From assembly GCF_006345805.1 (NCBI RefSeq), contig NC_043005.1, positions 41,044,001 to 41,108,000 on the forward strand: DNA of 64,000 nt. The letters run 5' to 3'. Below the pieces are notes generated by a model. The model ran no database searches and was not told where the DNA came from. It saw only the letters and a program-made list of their open reading frames with translations. Both the position numbers and the translations under genes were made by a program. The stretch's first letter is position 1. Each line of letters begins with the position of its first letter. This document shows, piece after piece, positions 12,639 through 22,305 of the stretch. This DNA is from Octopus sinensis (Eukaryota).

Positions 12639-14695
12639 GTACTATTATTATTATTATTATTATTATTTTCAAAGGTAACTGAGAGTTGAGAGGGAAGTGC
12701 TGTCCTTGAGTGAATTTATTGAAATTTGGGTGAAGTTGTGAAAACTGTAGACCTACAAGTTAGAGTATGGAAATTGGAGGGGGCACTTACCCTTTGGTGT
12801 TCAGGGAGATCTTGGATTATTTCTAGAGGATCTCCTGTATCAGGAGGACCATATCACTATCATCTTTCTTTTTTACTGTTGTATACTATGTGTAATTTCC
12901 TTCTTTGTTTTATTGTTTGCTGTGTATACTCTCTTTACTCTCTTTTTACTCTTTTACTTGTTTCAGTCATTGGACTGCGGCCATGCTGGAGCATCGCCTT
13001 TAGTTGAGCAAATCGACCCCAGGACTTATTCTTTGTAAGCCTAGTACTTATTCTATTGGTCTCTTTTGCCAAACCGCTAAGATACGGGGACATAAGCACA
13101 CCAGCATCGGTTGTCAAGTGATGTTGGGGGGACAAACACAGACACACAGACATATACACACACATACACATATATATATATACATATATATAAGACAGGT
13201 TTCTTTCAGTTTCCGTCTACCAAAACCGCTCACAAGGCTTTGATCGGTCCAAGGCTATAGTAGAAGACACTTGCCCAAGGTGCCATGCAGTGGGACTGAA
13301 CATGGAACCATGTGGTTGGTAAGCAAGTTACTTACCACACAGCCACTCCTGTGCCTATACTTTCAATTTTTCTTTTGTTTTTATTTCATTATAATTAAAT
13401 TCCCACACTTTATATCTATTTTTGTATGGTCCACATCATACTTTGCCCTGCTGGCTAATAAAAGAAATCATTATCATTATTTTTACCATTAATTATTATC
13501 TACACACACACACATGCACACACACACGCACACACAACACACATCTATTTGAGTGAGTGATTTCATATTTTTTCTTCATCTTATTTTTGTTGTAACAACA
13601 GCCTTGCTATCAAATAAAGGTAGTGTCATATGTTTGCAGTCAACCATGAAAATATGTCTGGCTTCTTGACATGTTGTATGATCATTGTAAATAACAGAAA
13701 ACAAAAAAAAAAAGTCTTGTAACTATGTCTGATTTATTCATTATTTTAATTGAGTAGGAGATCATTACCACATTTAGAAACAAGTGATGGCAGGCAACAG
13801 AAGGGTCATCCAACCACAATCTGCTTCAGTGAATTCATCTGACTCATGCTGCCATGCAGAAGTGGATGTTAAAGTGATAAAGATGATGATCATGATTTAC
13901 ATTAACTGAGGACCACTAGTAACTATTGAGCTACTTACATGAAACTAGTGTATGGATTTCATTACATAACAAGCTACAAGCAACACACACACACACACAC
14001 ACACACATAGACACAGACACAGACACACACACACACACATAGAGGGGAAAACAAACTCTAGAAATTTATTACAAGCATTGAGTGAACACTCTGTTTAACA
14101 GGTTAACAACAAACAAAAACACACACACACATATACATACATATGTATGTATGTATATACACATATGTGTGTATATATATATACACACACAGAAAACACA
14201 TATATACATACACATATATAAATATATACATATATATGTATATTTATATGTGTGTGCATGTATACATATATACATAAATATATATGATCACACAAACAAA
14301 GACACTTCTTCAGTTTTGAAACAATATGGAATAATAAATAGCAGAAATCAATAAGAGTTTCTATATTCTTAAAACAAAGAAAAATCATAAGTTCTTGAAG
14401 AATTTCTTCCCAAAATGTCAATAAAATTCTATTAAAATCTATCTATGTATCTATGGACATACATATATGTACATATATGCACGTATTTACATGTGTGCAT
14501 GTATATATATATTATATATATATATATATACATGTATGTATGTATGTGTGTATGTATCTATGTATGATGAATATGCTCGTACATAGACAGTTTTCCCTAC
14601 AGTAATATATAAACAAATACTCTTATATTTCAAACTTGTAAGCAAGGAAGTTGCCAGCACCACCACTGCCATTGCTGCCACCACTACCATCACCC

Positions 14696-14735
<40 letters not shown>

Positions 14736-15519
14736 GTCATCTTTGTCATCCAGCATATTTGTGCACATATATGTGTATGTGTGTGTGTATATAATATGTG
14801 TAAAGGTGTATAAGTACATATATATGTAGGCATGTAACAACAACAACAACAAGAACAACAAAAACAGCAATAATAATAAATGAAAAATATACACAGTTCT
14901 ATCTTATTGAATTTTACTTGAAACTTCTTCATTTCTTTATCCAAAAACACAACAAATATAGGCGAAACAAGTTGAATACAATAGACAATATCAGGTGATT
15001 AGTTCTGGTGGTGTGAGAGGTTAGAGTGATAGGAGGTGAGATGAGACAATATATTACAAGTGTGCTTGTAGCCAAGTTGATGGAGGGTGGCTTCCTCCCT
15101 CCCTTCCTCCTCACCGCCACAACCACCATCACCATGTGATGAAGTCTGCTAGTTGAGATAACTGATCTTCAGCAGTCATGCTGATGCTTCTGTTTCTCAG
15201 AGATAATTCTGACTTACATGGAAAAGAGATCTTTCAGATAATCTATCTTTTGTGTTTTCACTTCCCTCAACCTTTACCATTCTTCAGTTTTGCTCATTCA
15301 ACTTTGCCTCAGCTACTGGGAGAATGAGAAAGAAGTTTGTTTTAGAAATACATCAATTTGCTTCCAGTTTTTTTCCTTAATAATTCTCCTTCATTGGATT
15401 TTTATTCCCAGTGCATACATATGTGGGTATGTGAGTGTACGTGTATATATACATACACACATATAGATATGTGTATGTATGTGTGTGTGCGTATGTATGT
15501 GTGTGTGTATGTATGTGTA

Positions 15520-15559
<40 letters not shown>

Positions 15560-15777
15560 TCTCCAGACAATGCATACTCAGAAAATAAGGTAATTCTACC
15601 CCCTTTTCTGATGACAATATAATGCTTTATCTCCAAGAATTTAAACTGCAGTTTTTACCTCTGTAGAAATGTAATGCTCTATGACTCACGTGGGTGGACA
15701 GGGAGAATAATAGATCTCATTCGTATTTTTGGATTCGCTAGTACTGGGTGTCTGGCATGGTTTGTCCGATGTTAATC

Positions 15778-15839
15778 TCTGAGCTGATGAAGGAAAAGTG
15801 GCGTTTTACCCACAAATCCAGAAACAGACTGTCCTCGGG
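15778..15839 (+). ncRNA. Type I hammerhead ribozyme motif, copy 1
   Basis: Helix I UCUGAG(15778-83)/CUCGGG(15834-39); core CUGAUGA 15784-90; helix II GGA/UCC plus GUGG/CCAC; GAAA 15821-24; helix III ACA-gac-UGU; GUC triplet 15831-33. Folded by eye. Confidence 0.8.
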
Positions 15840-16034
15840 TATCGTATATGGATGTGATCTTTCATTGTTTTTCCCTTATACCTATGTGAGTTATTTTCTG
15901 AGTATGCATTGTCTGGAGACTTTTATTTGCAGTTGAAGAAATAGCCAAATTTTTGGCTGCTATTTCTGAAAAGTTCGGTGTGTGGTAAAGTGAAGTTTTT
16001 TACTTTACCATATTTTTATAAATTAATACTTCAA

Positions 16035-16065
<31 letters not shown>

Positions 16066-16339
16066 TCTCCAGACAATGCATACTCAGAAAATAAGGTAAT
16101 TCTACCCCCTTTTCTGATGACAATATAATGCTTTATCTCCAAGAATTTAAACTGCAGTTTTTACCTCTGTAGAAATGTAATGCTCTATGACTCACGTGGG
16201 TGGACAGGGAGAATAATAGATCTCATTCGTATTTTTGGATTCGCTAGTACTGGGTGTCTGGCATGGTTTGTCCGATGTTACAGATATCGGACGGGTATGT
16301 TTGATTCTTAGTATTTTCGAATCTAAATCAGAAGAAATC

Positions 16340-16401
16340 TCTGAGCTGATGAAGGAAAAGTGGCGTTTTACCCACAAATCCAGAAACAGACTGTCCTCGG
16401 G
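16340..16401 (+). ncRNA. Type I hammerhead ribozyme motif, copy 2
   Basis: Identical to copy 1: CUGAUGA 16346-52, GAAAC 16383-87, GUC 16393-95, CUCGGG 16396-401. Confidence 0.8.
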
Positions 16402-16615
16402 TATCGTATATGGATGTGATCTTTCATTGTTTTTCCCTTATACCTATGTGAGTTATTTTCTGAGTATGCATTGTCTGGAGACTTTTATTTGCAGTTGAAG
16501 AAATAGCCAAATTTTTGGCTGCTATTTCTGAAAAGTTCGGTGTGTGGTAAAGTGAATTTTTTTACTTTACCATATTTTTATAAATTAATACTTCAAATAT
16601 ATATATATATATATA

Positions 16616-17790
16616 CTTGGAAAAGGATGCGTGGCGTTCGATCATATAATAATATAAATAATATATACTCATATGCATATATACATATATATATAGTAAA
16701 AGCAATTAAGATTCAAGTGAGTTCTGTTGAATTCACATGAATGAGGTACTTAACTTAGATGCACCAGAAATCTATATGGTATTAGCCATAAGACAATGCG
16801 GGGTGATTATAAGCAAGAAATATGTATATATGCATCCATATATGGGTACAGGAGATCCAAAAAACATTGAACACAATAAGAAAAGAAAACATAAAAGCAA
16901 AAACATAGAAACAAACTTTTTTAAGAGCGAAAAAGTGAAAAAAACAAACAGAGAAACAAGACATACAACATAAAGAATATTCCCCTTTTTCAGTTGTCCC
17001 TGTTTCATCTACTCCATGTTTTGAAGGTAAGGACAAAACGTGACTTTGTTGAAACAGTCCTTCCTGGAAAGCAAATTAAATAAAATTTGGGATTTTTTGC
17101 TGAGGGTGAAAGTAGTAATAAGAACAGGACAGTGAGAACAAAACAGTAAAAACAAACGTTGAGGGCTGTTAAACCAAGATGATAGAAAAATTCTGAACAC
17201 TAGGAGGATGAGCTTATGAAGGAGACAGTATAAGCTCGTTGTTGTCTTTACGAAGGTAGTAGTCAGAAAGATAGATTCTCTTTCGTCACGTGTCAGCGAC
17301 GAGAGAGTCAAGCTGGAGGAGTGAGAGGGAGAGAGGGAATGGTGAAGAGGGTAGGGGAAGAATAGGGAAGGATGGGAGAGAAAACCAGAAAGGATGAAGA
17401 ACAAGAGAGGGAGAGAAATAGAGAGAGAAGAGATAGTAAAGATAGAAGAGTGCGCATTGTAATTATTAATATAAAACTTACTTGGAAAAGGATGCGTGGC
17501 GTTCGATCATATAATAATATAAATAATATATAATTATATGCATATATACATACATTTATGTGCATACCAACATATATATGTATATATACATGCATGTTTG
17601 AGTACAGAAGGGGAATATTCTTTATGTTGTATGTCTTGTTTCTCTGTTTTTTAGGTTTTCTCGTTGTTAAAAAAGTTTGTTTCTATGTTTTTGTTTTTGT
17701 GTTTTCATTTCGCATTGTGCTCAATGTTTTGTTTTTGATGTCCTGTACCCATATATGCATGTATATATAGATATAATTATAAATTATTTA
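16616..17790 (-). mobile_element. Non-coding element with direct and inverted internal repeats and a putative intron (PLE-like architecture)
   Basis: Direct repeat cttggaaaaggatgcgtggcgttcgatcatataataatataaataatatata at ~16616 and ~17481. A ~170-bp inverted repeat pairs ~16820-16990 with ~17605-17770. The minus strand has a GTAAGT...polypyrimidine...CAG segment at 17481-17313. No PLE protein motif was found. Confidence 0.45.
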
Positions 17791-18454
17791 TATCATATAT
17801 ATATATATACACAAGAAGACCTGTCTTCCATGGCAAAAGTGTTGAAACTGCATCTCCTGATGGAGAGGATTGGTCTGGAAGAGTCCTGTGCTGGTGCCAT
17901 GTAAAAAGCATTCATGCTGGTGTCACATAACAGTGCTTGAGTGGGGTCACATTAAAAGCTCTCAGTACACACTGCAAAGTGGTTGGTGTTAGGAAGGCCA
18001 TTTAGCTATGGAACTCAAGCCAAATCAGACTGAAACCTGATGCAGCCCTTCGGCTTGCCAGCTCTGGTCAAACCATTCAACCCATGCCAGCATGGAAAAC
18101 AAACATTAAAGGATGATGATGATAGTATAACTAAGACCACATATTGAATTGTAATAATGGAAGAAGCAGATGTACTTGAAGAGGAAATAGCTGGGATTTA
18201 CTCTAACCCTATATAATATATATGTGTATGTGTGAGTATGTATATATATATATTATATAACATGTCTATATTATTTTAACATGTCTACCAGATGTGTTAA
18301 AAAATACTGTTTGGCATGCTCTCATCACATGAAACTAATAGTAACACATAAAAACATACATTGTGTTTATTAAATAATATTTATCTCTCACTAGATAGAG
18401 TACTTCATTTGTTGATCTTACCATCATGGAACAGTACACTATATATATATGCTT

Positions 18455-20030
18455 GAATGGAGATGGATGCTTGAACAGAGACGTAGATTTGTGTTGCATC
18501 CGAGAAGTAAGGTGGAGAGGAAGTTCTGTTAGTTCCTCACAGGCAAAGAACATAGGTATATGATTTTCTGGGTAGGGAACACTGATGGGGTTGGGGGTGT
18601 GGGTATACTTCTTGCAGAGAAATGGGTTGATAAAGTAATCGAGGTAGTCATAGTTTGTGATAGATTACTTAAGCTTAGATTAGTGCTGCAACATGGATTA
18701 GTAACCATTATCTTGGCTTATGCCCCTCAGCCAGGGCTACCTGATGAATAGAAAGACCGATTTTATGACACCCTCTTGCAGACTACCTCATCGATGAATG
18801 ACAGGGGCCATCTCTCTGTGGTTGCCAACTTCAATGGGCCTGTTGGACAACATGCAGGGAGCTTCCATGGCATACATGGTGGCTATGGATTTGATTTCCG
18901 CAATGAGGAGGGAACCAGGCTGCTGGAGTTCTGTGTTGCAAATGATGTTATGGTCTGTAATACTAACTTCAGGAAACCTGCCAGTCACCTGTTCACCTAC
19001 CAGTCTGGTGGATACACTAGTCAGATTGACTACATTCTCACAAGGAAATGGGAAAGATGGCTACTTATAAATGCCAAAACATTCCCGGGAGAAGAATGAA
19101 CCCCACAATATAGGTTAGTAGTTAGTAACTTCAGGATCAGGGCTAAATGGAGGCTCAGAAGATGACCACCATGGAAAGGAAGGGTCTGGAAGCTTAAGGA
19201 TTCTGTGAATGGACAGAGATTTAGAGATGTAATACTTGAAACTTTTGATGAAAAAGAGGAGGATATAGCATCACACAATGTGGAAGACAACTGGAGGTTT
19301 CAACAGAACAACCTGTTGAGGGCTACTGACCTGATCTATGGATGGTGCAAAGTCCCCTCTTGACCTAAGGAAATGTGGTGGTGGAACAATGTAGTTGACA
19401 GGGCCATTAGGGAAAAGAAACAGGCATGGATGAACTGGAATAACAGTGGTAGCAGGGAATTGTATCAGATTGCTAGAAGAGAAGCTAGGAGACAAGTTTA
19501 CTTAGCCAGAGGGGAAGCAGATAAGAAAAAGTTTGCCAATGTTCTGTGTCATGAGGACCAAAGACTTGAAGTGTTTCATGTTGCAAGACAGTGTGTGAGA
19601 GGGAATTGTGATATCATAGGAGAGAAATGTGTCTGCATGGATGATGGCTCACTTGTGTTTAATGAGGCTGCAATGAGAGGAACTTGGAGATGCCATTATG
19701 AGAGGTTGCTAAATGAAGAGAATGAATGGGAGAAAGAGAGTCTGCTGAATATCAACCCAACAGAGGGGCCAGCAATCCAAATTGACAGTACCTTGGTAGA
19801 TAAAGAATTAAAAGTATGAAGACAGGGAAAGCTCTTGGCCCATCAGAAATCACTGCAGAGATGCTTAAAATATCTGGCGGTGTAGGCTATAGTCTAGTCA
19901 ACCATATAGTCAATCAGGTGATACATGAAGGAGTTATACACAATGACTGGTGTAACAGCACCATAGTCAACTGCTACAAAGGTAAAGGTGACACAATTAT
20001 ATATAAATAATTAGAGAGGTATCAAATTGT
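18455..20030 (+). mobile_element. Decayed RTE-clade LINE (AP endonuclease plus start of RT), 3' truncated
   Basis: Fragments include FWVGNTDGVGGVGILLAEKWVDKV, AYAPQPGL, HGGYG...RNEEGTRLLEFC, TSQIDYILTRK, WWWNNVVDRAIREKK and KTGKALGPSEITAEMLK...DW...IVNCYKGKGD. Many stops and frameshifts. Confidence 0.92.
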
Positions 20031-20320
20031 TGTTTTGCAAGTTATTTCAGACAGTTTTGAAAGTTACTGAATCTGGATCATGTATCATGTTGTTAATACT
20101 CTTTGATATCCCAAACCTATAGAACAATAGTTAGGAGTCAAAAGTATCTCCCAATTAAGAAGTTATACGTATCAACTATAAAACAGGAATTGGGTGCTAC
20201 TTTTGACTCACTCTGTATATATATATATCATCATCATCATCATCATCATCGTTTAACATGGAGAACGGACGTTAAACGATGATGATGATGATGATGATGA
20301 TGATATATATATATATATAT

Positions 20321-20886
20321 ACATTATATATAAGGGCTTAGTAAAATAAATTACTTTGCCACATACTGAACTCGTTAGAAATAGCAGCTAAAGAAATTTC
20401 TTCAGCTATTTCTAATACTTAAAGAAGATCTCTCTCAGATAGTGTTTGCCTAAACTAACTCACAAAAGTATGGGGAAAAAACATTAAAAAATCAAGTGCA
20501 AAGGTTATTTGAGAACGTACGTTTCTAGATTAGTCAATTCGACATTTCTTTCTTCAGCTCAGAATTCCTTGAATCGGATTTGGGAACACTTAAAGTCGGG
20601 AGCATACCCTTTCGGCTTCTAATCACCTATAGAATTCTGCTCGAACTAAAAGTGCTATCAAATTCGAATATGCAAGCGAAGAAACGTACGTTCTCAAATA
20701 ACCTTTGCACTTGATTTTTTAATGTTTTTTCCCCCATACTTTTGTGAGTTAGTTTAGGCAAACACTATCTGAGAGAGATCTTCTTTAAGTATTAGAAATA
20801 GCTGAAGAAATTTCTTTAGCTGCTATTTCTAACGAGTTCAGTATGTGGCAAAGTAATTTATTTTACTAAGCCCTTATATATAATGT
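20321..20886. mobile_element. Foldback element: 206/207-bp near-perfect inverted arms around a 153-bp spacer
   Basis: Arms 20321-20526 and 20680-20886 are reverse complements; the only difference I noticed is G4 versus C5 in a homopolymer. TA-rich flanks. Confidence 0.9.
20510..20561 (-). ncRNA. Type I hammerhead ribozyme motif, copy 3 (divergent)
   Basis: Minus strand: UGAG CUGAAGA A AGA aau GUC gaauu GAC uaa UCU A GAAAC GUAC GUU CUCA. Helix I is UGAG/CUCA (4 bp), helix III is the palindrome ACGUACGU, and the triplet is GUU (20516-14). Confidence 0.7.
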
Positions 20887-21077
20887 AATATTTTGAATTC
20901 GCCTATAATGGTCCCTTTACATACTGAACACTTGGTGAAACTGATTAATAATTAATTAATTTTACCCTCAATTGTTGAAAGTATATATATATATATATAT
21001 ATGCTAATAATATTAGGGAGTATATCCAAACTTACAGGGAAAAATTAGATTTAGGATTAAATCAAATTTCACAGTAC

Positions 21078-21345
21078 AAATTAAATTAGAGATAAAACCA
21101 CTATTAGGCAACTCAAACAGTGATAGACATAAACCAAAACATAAAAATTAAAATAAATATAATTAATAAAAAAAATTAAAAATTTAAAAATTTAAAAATA
21201 TAAAAATTTAAATTTTATATTTTATATATATATATTATATATTATATTAATTATATTTATTTTTTGCTTTTTATGTTTTGGTTTATGTCTATATGTCTAT
21301 CACTGTTTGAGTTGCCTAATAGTGGTTTTATTTCTAATTTAATTT
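21078..21345. repeat. ~95-bp inverted repeat around an AT-only spacer
   Basis: aaattaaattagagataaaaccactattaggcaactcaaacagtgatagacataaaccaaaacataaaa (21078-) pairs with its reverse complement (-21345). The right arm has a 7-nt duplication. Confidence 0.8.
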
Positions 21346-21699
21346 ATATATATGTATATATATATATATGACAGGCCTTTTTCAGTTTTTGTTTACCAAA
21401 TCCACTCACAAGGCTTTAGTTAGCATGGGACTATTGTAGAAGACTCTTGCTCAATGTGCCATGTAATGGGATTGAACCTGGGACCATGTGACTGGGAAGC
21501 AAACTTCTTACCACACAGCCACACCTGTACTTACTGCAAAATACGGAACATGGATGTTAAATGATGATGATAATATATATTCTACAGCATCTCATTTAAC
21601 TTAAGATGTATCATTTGTGGTTATGTCTGTTGTTGTTGTTGATAATGCAAACCTGTTATCAAAGATATTGAAACCATGACCTTCCTGTTTTTTTTTTTT

Positions 21700-21990
21700 T
21701 TTGTTTTTGAAGTATAGGACACCTGGGATAACATTATCTACTAATGTGTCATGTTTTTTGAAGAAGGTAGAGTGTGGAAGGCAGAGAGAGATTTGGTTGA
21801 TATTTCTAGCAGATTGATTGGTTCTATAAGGTTGTGATGGTAACGTACCAATGAAAGAAATTATTATTAATAGTAACATTGTCACATCCCTGAAAACTGG
21901 GTGTCTGGATTCACTTGTGCTATTTTCTTGGCAGAAATGCATGTTAATTCCTTCCAGGTCTTTGGTTGGGTGCAATTTGGTATGAGTACA
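21700..21990 (-). mobile_element. Possible highly decayed PLE reverse-transcriptase C-terminal remnant
   Basis: TSESRHPVFRDVTMLL...QPYRTNQSARNINQISLCLPHST weakly echoes PLE RT (E...FLDV.I...LY.KPT...YL...S.HP). Weak similarity only. Confidence 0.3.
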
Positions 21991-22106
21991 GATTTGTTTA
22001 TTGCTTATTTTTTTGTTAATCTGCTTGAACAGGAAGGAAACATTGTTAGTGATTAGGTGTCACTTATTTCAACCAAACCTGAAATTCAATGAGGAAACCT
22101 CTACAT

Positions 22107-22305
22107 CAGTAATTCTCAGCCATTTTTTTCCCCCACTATTATTTTATTTGAGTGAATCCTCATAGCCATTTGATGCTTTCAAAAAATACTTCTTGTATAT
22201 TTATAGTTAAATATTATTAGGAATTGCATAAAAACAAAATAACGAATTTATTGCACATAAACTTTAACAACAAAATCTTATGTGGACCCTGTTTGAAAAC
22301 CATTG
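22107..22305. mobile_element. hAT-like MITE
   Basis: Ends cagtaattctcag / ttgaaaaccattg with an imperfect 8-bp TSD (ctctacat / gtctatat). Homologous to 56381-56621. Confidence 0.6.

Larger units (their letters stand above)
15555..16598 (+). mobile_element. Tandem dimer of a hammerhead-bearing repeat (copy 1 15555-16036, copy 2 16061-16598), retrozyme/PLE-terminal-repeat-like
   Basis: Near-identical direct repeats joined by (AT)n. Each has a 34-bp inverted repeat (aaaagtctccagacaatgcatactcagaaaataa / ttattttctgagtatgcattgtctggagactttt) enclosing a hammerhead motif, then a tail. Copy 1 lacks 56 bp. Confidence 0.8.

Noticed and set aside
13905-13955. CTGAGGA...GAAACTAGTG hammerhead-like words
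   Set aside because: Position 17 would be G, and helices I and II do not pair.
15608-15685. Second CTGATGA...GAAATGTA in the ribozyme unit (also in copy 2)
   Set aside because: No convincing helix II, and the flanks (ccccuuuu / augcucu) cannot form helix I.
17009-17404. 131-aa minus-strand ORF
   Set aside because: Partly a purine/pyrimidine tract, with no recognisable domain; treated as non-coding element sequence.
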